Positions 46,350-55,903 of a stretch of DNA of 64,000 nt are shown one piece after another. The notes under the pieces are model-generated. The model had not been told where the DNA came from and made no database searches. It was given only the letters and a program-made list of their open reading frames with translations. Source of the stretch: a virus (Duplodnaviria; Caudoviricetes). The position numbers and the translations under genes are program-made. The stretch is taken from the IMG/VR virus record IMGVR_UViG_3300010965_000001, positions 32,001 through 96,000 of that record. One strand, written 5' to 3'. The first letter of the stretch is position 1. Each line of letters opens with the position of its first letter.

Positions 46350-49145
46350 TTATATTACTGCACAGGCGTCACCAGCACATGCGGCTTCACCTTGCAAGTC
46401 AGTGTTGTCCTCTTCTTCTACAATTTTTGTCAAATCTACATCTTTGAGGACTTTCATCATTTCATCGTACTTCTCCTTCGTAATCTCTTCAAAAGGTGCT
46501 TGTACGTAACTTCCACCATCATAATCTAAGACAGAAATACCATTGTAAAAGTCTTTATTCTCCCACATCCACTCACCGACTTTATCCCATTCATCCTTCT
46601 TAATTGACACGGTTACGGAAACATTGTTTGTATTTGCCCCCTTAACGTGCCCACAACGCACCCAATCGATGTTAAATCTCTTAGCCCTCTCTAACAGTGT
46701 CAAAGGACTTTCATCCCTGTATTTTGCGCCTTTCGGCGATTCTTGGGGAACGCTGATGATTGCTTGGATATGTGGCTTAAAGTAGTCATCTTCGACTAAT
46801 TCGGGGTGTTTCTTAGCCAAAAACTTGTAGATTGCTTCATTCTTACCGACTCTAACTCGTCTGATATAATAGGGTGCGTGGTATGCGTGGACACCACTTG
46901 CAGTGCCCAATACGATACTTGAAGTTCCCGACGGTTTGATGGTCGTTGACCGTGCGGCGGTATTAATTCCAATTATCTTTGCGACACGTTTGTTTTCATC
47001 TGTTACGATTTTTGCGGCGTTCTTTAGATTCACATCGTCAAGTTTACCACTTCCAATGCCAGTGATTCCGACACCGATAAGTGCTTCCTTCTCCGTAGTC
47101 TCTTTCCATATCTCTCGGAGGTAATGGAAGTCCGTGAATCCCGCTTGAAGTGTTGCGAGGAATGTTGCGGCTTTAACTCTTGAACTGAAATCTGCTTCAT
47201 CTTCAATATCACCTGCATTGACTTCTACTAAATTGCAAAATTGATTTGCACGTAAGGAAATCTCACAACATGGATTGACACCATACTCTTTGTCATTACT
47301 AAAGAGGATTCCTGGTTCACCACTGTTTGAGTTTTCAATCTTCTTCCACAACTCAAAGAAGTCTTCCTTCTTAACTTTGTGACGTAGCATAACAACACTG
47401 TTGTTCGCACGTGCTCTTTGTGGATTGAGTTCCCACCAATGATTGAATTTTGATGCGAGCATGTCATCATCGTCATAACTGAACAGACTAATGAGTGCGG
47501 CACGTCTAATTCCACCTGACAGAACTGCGTCTGCGATGAAACATTGCATGTCGTGAACTTGAATAGGTTTCAACTTCTCACCGACTGGCACGGAGTCCAA
47601 AATCTTCTTTAAGTCGTGAAGGCAGTCCATAAGAGGTTGAGGTCCTGGTGCCTTACCACCACTTGTAATTAACAATGAACCTTTTGGACGAATATCACTG
47701 AAATCAAATCGTGGAAGAAATTCTCCAAACATATATGCTTTGACTAATACTTTAACAGCGTCCGCCCATCCTTCGATACTATCACCCACTAAATATCGTT
47801 TTGCCTTTCCAGGTTTCTTAATTTCTGGAAGTTTCTTAACGTGATGCTTTTGTACACTGAATCCGACGCCACATCCAGTTAACAAAAGAAACATCGTCTC
47901 AGGAAATGCTTCCCAACTATCCGCTGGCATGAATGCACAATTACCAGTTACCAGTCCACCACTTAATATAAATGATTTATCATCTTCCACTTCCAAGCAC
48001 CATACATCCGATTTTTCTACATCATATTTTATATCAGTTACTACCCATGAGGTGTTTATATAATTTCCTATATTAGAACTCAATGAATACGATTTTGAAT
48101 TTGGATTACGTTTTACATTTGAACCCAAATTTGAAGATAAGTTGGTTATTGGTTTCTTGTTAATCACATACTGCCCAACCATTTCAAATAATTTTTCTGC
48201 AACTTCTTGATGATATAAATCGGAAATGTAGATAGATTTATATTTTGAAGAATTTGTAGATGAATCATATTCTGAATTTTTATATGCATCTGCACAACAA
48301 TATCCATCTACAAATGCATGAATCAATTCTATAGAATCAACTGATGGGTCTGGATATTTTTTGGTATATTTCCCAGTATATGCCATGACATCACCACTTA
48401 ATGATAGTGAGGTAGATGTCTTAAATCCCATTTCTTCAAATCTATACAAAAATTTATTTTTATCATTTCCACACAATCTTACCATTGAATATGCAGTTTC
48501 CCCATTAGAATTTTTAACATTAGTCCCATCTCCAAAAACATAACCATAGCACCAATACAACCGTTCAAATGGAGATGCAGAATCGTAATCAAAGTGTTTT
48601 AAACTTGGTGCTTTGCATAATTTATCCCCAATCTTCAATGAGGTAGTTTCAGACCAATCATGTAATATCCATCTATGATTTGATGTCGCTTTAATTTTTT
48701 TAACACTTCTTCCTCTGCGAAACGTTATTTCATTTAAGGAATCTTTACCATAATTTTTAACCACAGCAGGTTTCCAATTTCCAAGATGTGTCAATACTGA
48801 AATTTCATCACCATCCGAAAACTCTTGAAATGATTTAACTCCATCACTTGTTACGAACGCAGTATCACTACTAAAGCAGTTGTATATACGTGCTGGATTT
48901 ATTAAAACTGGTTTACCTGCAAATTGCATGCTTCTCATTGATGGTAATATCTTACGGTCATAAACAAACTGATAGGTATCTTCTATTTCTTGTGCTAACA
49001 TGGGGTATTTTACTTTGTGCATCTCTTTATTTCTTGTTACAATTTCGAACCAACTTTCTCTGCGTTTCTTATGTGGAACAAACTTTGCATATTTCATATA
49101 AGTCACGATATTGCTTAAAATTTTATTAGATATAGTCATCGCCAT
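46350..49145 (-). CDS. nrdJ: class II (B12-dependent, monomeric) ribonucleotide reductase with intein
   Basis: LPSMR, IYN|C, GCGVGFSV, GGIRRAA, NPCCEI, TTIKPSGT, C-terminal CAGDAC. Confidence 0.93.
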   Translation of the reverse strand: MAMTISNKILSNIVTYMKYAKFVPHKKRRESWFEIVTRNKEMHKVKYPMLAQEIEDTYQFVYDRKILPSMRSMQFAGKPVLINPARIYNCFSSDTAFVTSDGVKSFQEFSDGDEISVLTHLGNWKPAVVKNYGKDSLNEITFRRGRSVKKIKATSNHRWILHDWSETTSLKIGDKLCKAPSLKHFDYDSASPFERLYWCYGYVFGDGTNVKNSNGETAYSMVRLCGNDKNKFLYRFEEMGFKTSTSLSLSGDVMAYTGKYTKKYPDPSVDSIELIHAFVDGYCCADAYKNSEYDSSTNSSKYKSIYISDLYHQEVAEKLFEMVGQYVINKKPITNLSSNLGSNVKRNPNSKSYSLSSNIGNYINTSWVVTDIKYDVEKSDVWCLEVEDDKSFILSGGLVTGNCAFMPADSWEAFPETMFLLLTGCGVGFSVQKHHVKKLPEIKKPGKAKRYLVGDSIEGWADAVKVLVKAYMFGEFLPRFDFSDIRPKGSLLITSGGKAPGPQPLMDCLHDLKKILDSVPVGEKLKPIQVHDMQCFIADAVLSGGIRRAALISLFSYDDDDMLASKFNHWWELNPQRARANNSVVMLRHKVKKEDFFELWKKIENSNSGEPGILFSNDKEYGVNPCCEISLRANQFCNLVEVNAGDIEDEADFSSRVKAATFLATLQAGFTDFHYLREIWKETTEKEALIGVGITGIGSGKLDDVNLKNAAKIVTDENKRVAKIIGINTAARSTTIKPSGTSSIVLGTASGVHAYHAPYYIRRVRVGKNEAIYKFLAKKHPELVEDDYFKPHIQAIISVPQESPKGAKYRDESPLTLLERAKRFNIDWVRCGHVKGANTNNVSVTVSIKKDEWDKVGEWMWENKDFYNGISVLDYDGGSYVQAPFEEITKEKYDEMMKVLKDVDLTKIVEEEDNTDLQGEAACAGDACAVI
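47940..48878 (-). mobile_element. intein (313 aa) with LAGLIDADG-type core
   Basis: begins CFSSDT after IYN, ends VWCLEVEDDKSFILSGGLVTGN before +1 Cys; GYVFGDG and AFVDGYCCADA blocks. Confidence 0.92.
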
Positions 49146-49217
49146 AGATTTCTCCGATATGTTGCGTTTTGAATGTGTATTGACTTGTAAGTGTGGGGGA
49201 TGTAACCCTTTAGTGTG

Positions 49218-49226
49218 TATAAATAT
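49218..49226 (-). promoter_or_regulatory. ATATTTATA motif
   Basis: intergenic, upstream of nrdJ. Confidence 0.45.
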
Positions 49227-49243
49227 CATTTACAAATCAATTA

Positions 49244-50611
49244 TCATTCAAAACCTTCTGTTGTTCCTTCAAGTTCATCAAATTTTCTTTTTAATAATTG
49301 TCTTACCACTTCGTTGCCATCTTTCATCTTATGTGTAGTTTCTTTACCAGCCATACTCTCTTCTTCGTAGATTTCGATTTGTCCTGTTGCGGCATTGAAC
49401 TTCGAAGGGAACGTCACACCGTCTTTTCCCATTCTATTCTTGATAATGTGCCATCTTGCGGTTCCACTCACTTTATCGTTGATTTTACGTGATAAAGAGA
49501 CAATGAAGTCTCCAATCATAATCTTCGAATATGCTTCGGAAACCTGCGCGCCGTCAATAACGTCCATTTCTGTTGCGGCTCTGTGTGCTTGTGATGCAGT
49601 CCATAACGGAATCTGAAATTCTCCCGCTACACCACGTAAATCTTCATAAATATTTTCCAAAACGAATCTTTTTTCTGTTCCGATACCTGTTAACAAGTCG
49701 GCATAGTCAACGAATACGATGTCGGGACCGAAACCCTTTATCATCTTCATCTTTTCGATGTAACTTCTCAACGTCTGAACACTTGCTGACTTTGTTGGAT
49801 AATACTTGATATGTAACGTTCCCGTAATCTCTGAAAGTCTACGTTCAACGTCTTCTTTATGGAATTTTAAGTTTTGTGATGGAATACATGTCAAATGACT
49901 ATCGAACCGAAGTCCTACATAATCTTGACTTAACTCCATTGTGAAATACAATACGTTTAATCCATTCTTCATTGCGGATGCCGCCATTGACACCAATCCC
50001 CAACTCTTACCTATACCTGCTGGGGCAACAACGATACCCATTTCACCAGGTCCAAGCCCACCATCGACAATATTGTCGATAATCTGCCAACCAGTTGAAA
50101 CGGTCTTCCGTGCGGTTTCACTAATACGATGTTCAAACATCTCTAAGTAGTCGTGACCCAAATCGGAGTCGATTCCTACCTTAAGTGCTTCATCGATAAT
50201 TTTACGAACCTCTAAGTGCTTGCCAGCGGTGAACAAATCCACAGAACTGTAAATTGCCTGTTTCAGTGCTTCATTCTTGCAGAAGTCAACAGTCTTGTCC
50301 TTAATGAACTCAAGACCTGTCATATCCTTAAAGGTATCTTTGATTGCACTCTTTACTGTTTCACGGAGTGCAGCGTTTTCAATTTCTTTTACAGCAATAG
50401 CCAACGCCTCCATTGATGGAGGTGTTTTGTATTTTATATAATGTGCTTTAATTGTGTCTACACACCAAGCGAATGATTCATTTGCGAAATACTTTGTATT
50501 GAGAGGTTCTATGACCTGTTCTAAAAATTTCACATCCGATAAGAGTGAGTAAATCAACTTGACTTGGAATGTATGTCCGAAGTCTGAAATGTTATCAATA
50601 TTACTTTGCAT
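49244..50611 (-). CDS. replicative helicase (T4 gp41 / DnaB-like)
   Basis: APAGIGKS, FTMEL, VDYADL, TASQ, KNR. Confidence 0.93.
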   Translation of the reverse strand: MQSNIDNISDFGHTFQVKLIYSLLSDVKFLEQVIEPLNTKYFANESFAWCVDTIKAHYIKYKTPPSMEALAIAVKEIENAALRETVKSAIKDTFKDMTGLEFIKDKTVDFCKNEALKQAIYSSVDLFTAGKHLEVRKIIDEALKVGIDSDLGHDYLEMFEHRISETARKTVSTGWQIIDNIVDGGLGPGEMGIVVAPAGIGKSWGLVSMAASAMKNGLNVLYFTMELSQDYVGLRFDSHLTCIPSQNLKFHKEDVERRLSEITGTLHIKYYPTKSASVQTLRSYIEKMKMIKGFGPDIVFVDYADLLTGIGTEKRFVLENIYEDLRGVAGEFQIPLWTASQAHRAATEMDVIDGAQVSEAYSKIMIGDFIVSLSRKINDKVSGTARWHIIKNRMGKDGVTFPSKFNAATGQIEIYEEESMAGKETTHKMKDGNEVVRQLLKRKFDELEGTTEGFE

Positions 50612-51653
50612 AATTGGTCGCGTATGAATTTAATTGTTCGAAGCAGGTCTTTAACCAATACTCCAATTGTGGGAATGCCCCATTTATAAAATCTTCCAGC
50701 ACCATCTTTTTGAAATCCCATTGACTCAACTTTGGAATCTCCCCTCTAATTTTTTCTGTGATTCGGAGTTTTGATGCTCCCGAAATATCAACATCCTCCA
50801 ATTGCATGAGTTTGTAATTTCGTTCTAAGATGTCTTTTGCATTACACAGATTTACATATACTTTTTCTTCTTTACCATTGGAATAATCTAACAAGTCCTT
50901 AACAGTGACCGTTGTTGATTCTGCCAGCATTGGTAATCTCTTTATAATAGTTTTTAATCCCATTCCCTTAACACCATCGATGTTATCAGATACGTCACCA
51001 TCCATAATTCGATACATAACGAAGTTATTTGATGTTATTCCGTATTCTTCAAGGATTGCCACTGAGTCATATAATTTCTTTTTAGTTGGTGACCAGACAT
51101 TGACCTTCTCATTAACCAACTGATAAAAGTCTTTATCCGATGACATAATATAGTAAAAATTATCCTCATTGTCAATAGGATTGCGTGTAATGTATGCGAT
51201 GGTATCGTCTGCTTCGATATTATCAATAGAAATGATGGTTACTGGCAAGCAAGACAGATATTGTAGTAATCTTCCGATTTGCATCTGCATGCTCGCAGAT
51301 TCATCTTCTTGACTTGAGATATTTATGTTTCTATTGTATCGAACATTGACGTGTCGTTTCGCTTTGTATTCGGGATAGAGTTTACGTCTCTTTTGACTTC
51401 CACCCTTGCCGTCAAACACGACTATGATTCGTGTAGGATTGAGTGTCTTGATGGCAAACCCAATGGATTTCAAAAATCCAGTGATTCCTCCAACGTGAAC
51501 ACCATTTTCGTTTGTAGATGGGTCGGCACAGAAGGAACGGACAAATGTGTTATGTCCGTCCACAATCAACGTGCGACTATTAGTAGAAAGAGCACGAGTC
51601 GCCTCGTGCTCCCTTTTCACTTCTTCCAATAAACTAAGATAGTTAGTCTGCAT
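50601..51653 (-). CDS. 5'-3' exonuclease / flap nuclease (T4 RNase H-like)
   Basis: LIVDGHN, VFDG, YPEYKAKR, EADD, SSDKDF, GDVSDNIDGV.G.G.KT. Confidence 0.92.
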   Translation of the reverse strand: MQTNYLSLLEEVKREHEATRALSTNSRTLIVDGHNTFVRSFCADPSTNENGVHVGGITGFLKSIGFAIKTLNPTRIIVVFDGKGGSQKRRKLYPEYKAKRHVNVRYNRNINISSQEDESASMQMQIGRLLQYLSCLPVTIISIDNIEADDTIAYITRNPIDNEDNFYYIMSSDKDFYQLVNEKVNVWSPTKKKLYDSVAILEEYGITSNNFVMYRIMDGDVSDNIDGVKGMGLKTIIKRLPMLAESTTVTVKDLLDYSNGKEEKVYVNLCNAKDILERNYKLMQLEDVDISGASKLRITEKIRGEIPKLSQWDFKKMVLEDFINGAFPQLEYWLKTCFEQLNSYATNYAK

Positions 51654-52773
51654 CCAATTCGCCTTCTTGTAGTTCAAATTCATCGACATTGATTTCTCCT
51701 GCCGACTTGTATTTCATTACACATGCTTCTGCGATTAAATCATAGACATGCGCCTTAAATTCCGCGTCAGCCATCAACATATTGTACCAATCTTTCGCTT
51801 GGAACTTAATGTCATTGCCTGCCTGGTCTTTCATCGTATACCATGCTCCCGCTTGGTCAACAATCCCGTGGAGTTTCATAACACCCAACCATCCACCGTA
51901 ATTATCAATACCTGACGAAAAGTGCATGTCATACTCTGCTTGACGCATGCTCGGACCCATCCTGTTTTTTACCACAAGTGCTTTACACTTCATACCAGAC
52001 ACTTCATCACCCTTCTTCAACTGTCCAACACCTTTAAGGCGTAATCGAACAGATGCGTGGAATGCCAATGCCTTACCACCACTTGTTGTCCATTGGTCAC
52101 CAAAGGATACGCCAAGTTTCTGACGTAATTGATTTGTGAATACGACTGCGATGCGCTGGCGACCAATCATGTCTGTAATCTTACGAAGTCCTTTACCCAT
52201 GATGATTGCTTTTGCTGTTGCCCAGCCGTCCTTGTCATAGTCTGCTTCAAGTTCAACCTTAGTGGTTGCTGCCGCAACACTGTCTGCGACAATACACACC
52301 AATTTGTTCTTGTTTGCGGCTCTTACCTTTGTAATGATATTTTCAATTGCAGTAAAAACGTCTTCAATCAATTGTAGTTGAACATACACAAGTGTATTGA
52401 TGTCTACACCGATTGCCGTTAAAAATTCTTTACTTACTGCATTTTCTGTATCAATAAGAACTGCGACTCCACCTTTTCGTTGTGTTTCTGCCAAAAGATG
52501 TGCCGCTAATAGACTCTTACCACTTGCTTCAAGACCTGTTATTTCGGAAATTCTTCCAACAGGTATTCCACCGTCTTTACGGTTACTGATTGCAAGGTCA
52601 AGGATTCCAGCCCCTGTCGAAATCCATTCATTTACATTGGTTGGTGCGTCAGGGTCAGTTAAGAAGTATGCGACTTTATAATCTGTAAATTCTTTGTTAA
52701 GACTTGAATGAATCATTGCCGATAAATCGTCATTGATATTTCCACTGTCTTCTGTTACCTTCTTTTTAGCCAT
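51643..52773 (-). CDS. recA: RecA/UvsX recombinase
   Basis: GRISEITGLEASGKS, DTE, DSVAA, TNQLR, GGKALAFHASVRL, KNR. Confidence 0.93.
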   Translation of the reverse strand: MAKKKVTEDSGNINDDLSAMIHSSLNKEFTDYKVAYFLTDPDAPTNVNEWISTGAGILDLAISNRKDGGIPVGRISEITGLEASGKSLLAAHLLAETQRKGGVAVLIDTENAVSKEFLTAIGVDINTLVYVQLQLIEDVFTAIENIITKVRAANKNKLVCIVADSVAAATTKVELEADYDKDGWATAKAIIMGKGLRKITDMIGRQRIAVVFTNQLRQKLGVSFGDQWTTSGGKALAFHASVRLRLKGVGQLKKGDEVSGMKCKALVVKNRMGPSMRQAEYDMHFSSGIDNYGGWLGVMKLHGIVDQAGAWYTMKDQAGNDIKFQAKDWYNMLMADAEFKAHVYDLIAEACVMKYKSAGEINVDEFELQEGELDAD

Positions 52774-52788
52774 ACTATTCTCCGTTAT

Positions 52789-52813
52789 AAAAAGGGAGGG
52801 ATTGCTCCCTCCC
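52789..52813 (-). terminator. intrinsic terminator after SSB gene
   Basis: GGGAGGGA-GCAA-TCCCTCCC 8-bp stem with GNRA loop, then TTTTT. Confidence 0.85.
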
Positions 52814-52820
52814 GTTTTGA

Positions 52821-53627
52821 TTATTTTTTGTTAAAAATGTCATCGAATGCTGTATCACCACTAGCGATAGCGGCTTTACCATTTTCTACGACAACTGACG
52901 CTGAAGGTGACTTCAGTGCTTCCGCAGACGGTGTGTTGCTTGACTGGTCTGTGGTTCCGTCACTTGGATTGAGGTATTCCTGAAGAATCCCCTTAAGTTC
53001 ATCGTATGTGTATCGTTGATACAATGCGTTGATGTCAGGTTGAGTTTCAAGATACTTCTGAACAAGTGCGGTGTCTTTTGATAACGGAGTTACACTTGGT
53101 TTAACACGGATATTCGTCTTACCGAATCCGTTGCCTGCTTCTTCCTTCGTGATGCTTTCAACAACAATATCACGCCCTGTAAGCGGGTCAGCGATGTTCC
53201 CATAATCGGGGTCAATCATAAACGACATAATCTCGTTTGCGACTGTCTTTCCAAATCCCCAAATCTTCACACCGTCTGCTTCAGGTTCGCCATCCTTTGC
53301 ACGAACGATGATTGGTGCGAAGACACGAAGTTTCGGTCGGAGTTTCTTTGCCAACAGAATACTTTCGTTATCTCCCGACTTAGCGAGTTTGTTAGCGAAC
53401 TCAACGATTGGGTCGGGTTCACCATAACTGATAGGTGAGAGAATCGGTTTCTTCTTATCGATGTTGAAGTGGAAGTACAATTCAACAAAAGGAATATCCT
53501 TGTTGAGTTTATATTCCACCATTCGAATCTGTGTCTTACCCGTCGGTGGTTTCCAGATGAATGAAGATTTCTGCATCGATGACTGTTGGAACTGTTCCAA
53601 CTTCGCTTTAATTTTTGCCATGTCCAT
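52821..53627 (-). CDS. single-stranded DNA-binding protein (T4 gp32-like)
   Basis: WKPPTG, PFVELYFH, G..DPI, WGFGK, GRDI, acidic C-terminus. Confidence 0.85.
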   Translation of the reverse strand: MDMAKIKAKLEQFQQSSMQKSSFIWKPPTGKTQIRMVEYKLNKDIPFVELYFHFNIDKKKPILSPISYGEPDPIVEFANKLAKSGDNESILLAKKLRPKLRVFAPIIVRAKDGEPEADGVKIWGFGKTVANEIMSFMIDPDYGNIADPLTGRDIVVESITKEEAGNGFGKTNIRVKPSVTPLSKDTALVQKYLETQPDINALYQRYTYDELKGILQEYLNPSDGTTDQSSNTPSAEALKSPSASVVVENGKAAIASGDTAFDDIFNKK

Positions 53628-53693
53628 TATTTGTTTCTCCTTTGTATGAAATTAATTAACTTAACTTATATCCCTTGTGAATACAAGTGGTAC

Positions 53694-53722
53694 AATATAC
53701 AAATAATTTTTACCAAAGTCAA
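53694..53722 (-). promoter_or_regulatory. sigma70-like promoter
   Basis: TTGACT-17 nt-TATATT upstream of SSB. Confidence 0.8.
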
Positions 53723-53723
53723 G

Positions 53724-54119
53724 TTAAATCGTAACTATATTTAATAATTTTGTGTTTATTTTTTTGATACCGTCTTCATTCGTGACAAGAATAGTATTCC
53801 TGTACAAATTCCAATCGATTTTGTATGAGTTGTCCTTATTTCCATCATTCATTAAAAGAACGATAGAATTAACGGCATTTATGGTGTAGAGTGTGTTGGT
53901 AGCCTTATTTCTATGAACAGAAATAGTGTTTTTGAGGAACGAAACCTTATTAACTTCAATGGTATCCACGTTGTAGGTACAATAGACATCTGCACCAATG
54001 TCGGTGTTTTGTAATACAAATACAGTCTTAACGGATGCGTATGCTTCCGTTATGAGTGATAATGTATCATCGACATATTTTTTCTTCGTAAAAGTACAAA
54101 GTAACTGTGAATTTTCCAT
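53724..54119 (-). CDS. conserved phage hypothetical protein
   Basis: QLLCTF ... HRNKATNTLYTINAVN ... W..Y.N. Confidence 0.7.
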   Translation of the reverse strand: MENSQLLCTFTKKKYVDDTLSLITEAYASVKTVFVLQNTDIGADVYCTYNVDTIEVNKVSFLKNTISVHRNKATNTLYTINAVNSIVLLMNDGNKDNSYKIDWNLYRNTILVTNEDGIKKINTKLLNIVTI

Positions 54120-54153
54120 ATTGAATATAAATATGAAACTAAAACTGGAAAAC

Positions 54154-55422
54154 TCATATTTCTGTCATTTCATTGTAATTTTTGCCATATTTTGTTTTAA
54201 CAGGAAACTGTCCGTTAATCTCCATTATCTTCTTCACCGTATGCAAATAACTTTCCGTTTCTCCTTCTTCTACATCAAATAATATGGAATCGTACGTATA
54301 TAAGACAGGAACAGACTTAAATGCTTGCGTATCTATCAATATCTTGCGCATTACCATCAAATTCTGCTCTGTTTCATAATTCTGTATAATGTAATTGAAT
54401 AACTTCGTATCACTGTCTGCAATAATCGGTTTTTGTGATATTACCGATGGAATATACCCATTTGTGCGATAGTCAGCCCACAACTCTGCGATGAGCGCAG
54501 GTATCTGTCTGAAATAGGTAATATGTGCATATTCATCCAACAGTCCGCCATACAACATACGAAATGTAATCTTTTTTGATTCATCATACATTTCTTCCGT
54601 AACATGGTCAACATTGAAATACTGTTTGGCGAAATGTGCATGCACCGATTCAGGCGGCAGGTCATAACCCATCAATTTTGCGATTAAGCGCACATGGTAT
54701 CCATCATAATCAAGTAAGAATAACGTTCCATTCTCAAATCTTGATATGAATGGAGTTCTACTTCCATTTTCTTTGTTAAGTGCGTTGTAATTCACGTTTC
54801 CGTATCTGTTAGACGGTCTGCCTGTTGTCGTTAAGTGATTGTATTGACTATAGACGTAACCGTTCTGAATTAATTCCTTTTTATCGAAATTATCATCGAC
54901 ACGTAATCCATATCGCTCGATTTGTGCTAACGTAGGAAGGGTAATTTGGTTTATGAATTTGCAGGGTTTATCGTCTTCACCGCTGAAGGCAAGGCAATCC
55001 TTTGAAAATTGCTCTAAGTCTTCGGTGATTGCATCGATTATTTTATAAATGGGGGTAATCTCCCAATCGCGCCTACGTTTGAAGATTTCGACTTCACATT
55101 CCATATTCTGTACATAATAGATTGATTCAATGTCTACTGAACCTTCGATATTAAAGTATTTTTTGTTATATACGAATGGTTTGTCAAAAAGTCCGCTCAT
55201 AAGTGATGGGAGATTACCGCCGATGCTCATACATTCAGAATGACTGATGCTAAATACGAACAGTTCATCTAACTTGAGTGGTTTGGCGAATATGACGATG
55301 GGAAGAGAATTCACGGGATGTGAGTTCTCATTAAATAGAGGGAATACCAAAAATCTTTCAGTCTTTGCTAATTCCTGTAGTCGGAGTGTGTCCGTTGCAT
55401 ATTCTATGATTGTAATTTTCAT
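54154..55422 (-). CDS. divergent family A DNA polymerase-like protein
   Basis: TTTGRPS, motif A LDYDGYHVR, motif B SKKITFRMLYG, motif C YTYDSILFD; no recognisable exonuclease motifs. Confidence 0.8.
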   Translation of the reverse strand: MKITIIEYATDTLRLQELAKTERFLVFPLFNENSHPVNSLPIVIFAKPLKLDELFVFSISHSECMSIGGNLPSLMSGLFDKPFVYNKKYFNIEGSVDIESIYYVQNMECEVEIFKRRRDWEITPIYKIIDAITEDLEQFSKDCLAFSGEDDKPCKFINQITLPTLAQIERYGLRVDDNFDKKELIQNGYVYSQYNHLTTTGRPSNRYGNVNYNALNKENGSRTPFISRFENGTLFLLDYDGYHVRLIAKLMGYDLPPESVHAHFAKQYFNVDHVTEEMYDESKKITFRMLYGGLLDEYAHITYFRQIPALIAELWADYRTNGYIPSVISQKPIIADSDTKLFNYIIQNYETEQNLMVMRKILIDTQAFKSVPVLYTYDSILFDVEEGETESYLHTVKKIMEINGQFPVKTKYGKNYNEMTEI

Positions 55423-55428
55423 AGTATA

Positions 55429-55457
55429 AATATACAAATAAAAATGGTCAAAGTCAA
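55429..55457 (-). promoter_or_regulatory. sigma70-like promoter, likely leaderless transcript
   Basis: TTGACT-17 nt-TATATT, then 6 nt to ATG at 55422. Confidence 0.75.
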
Positions 55458-55465
55458 CTTATTTA

Positions 55466-55903
55466 TTAACTTGTTACCAAATCTGGTGTTTTAGTGGTAA
55501 TTTTCGGTGTTTCTGATATGTGTGCGAATTGTGTTAGGTCTGATAATTTCTGTTCGATTCCCTTCATCACTGAACGTGCTTTTTTCACGACTCGTAAATT
55601 CGTATCGAACACTCCATAAATAAGTGCGTTCCCATTTTGCATGTCGTGCATGGGTCCATTTAGTTTCCACGTAAGTTTTAATATGTCATACAATTCAGAT
55701 GGATATGAACTACCATTGGCAAGACCATCGTACGTTCCTTTGTCTATCTCAAGAATATAATTGGATATTTTGCTTTTGGCAAAATATCGTTCTTTAAAAC
55801 CGACACTATAATCTGCGTCTAAAATTACAGGGTAACGTTCTTTAACAGGTATTCTATTTAACATAGAAGTATATTTGTTATTTATCTCAGATGAAATTAT
55901 CAT
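55466..55903 (-). CDS. hypothetical protein of the tail/baseplate block
   Basis: 145 aa, ATGA overlap with hub gene. Confidence 0.65.
   Translation of the reverse strand: MIISSEINNKYTSMLNRIPVKERYPVILDADYSVGFKERYFAKSKISNYILEIDKGTYDGLANGSSYPSELYDILKLTWKLNGPMHDMQNGNALIYGVFDTNLRVVKKARSVMKGIEQKLSDLTQFAHISETPKITTKTPDLVTS

Noticed and set aside
49146-49217. NrdR box or cobalamin riboswitch in the nrdJ leader
   Set aside because: About 70 nt is too short for the riboswitch, and no NrdR palindrome was recognised
46350-49229. ORF-track start positions at 49229, 55437, 30720, 32804, 3834, 38030 and 26639
   Set aside because: They run through promoter-like motifs or upstream genes; nearer starts with an RBS or stop/start coupling were used
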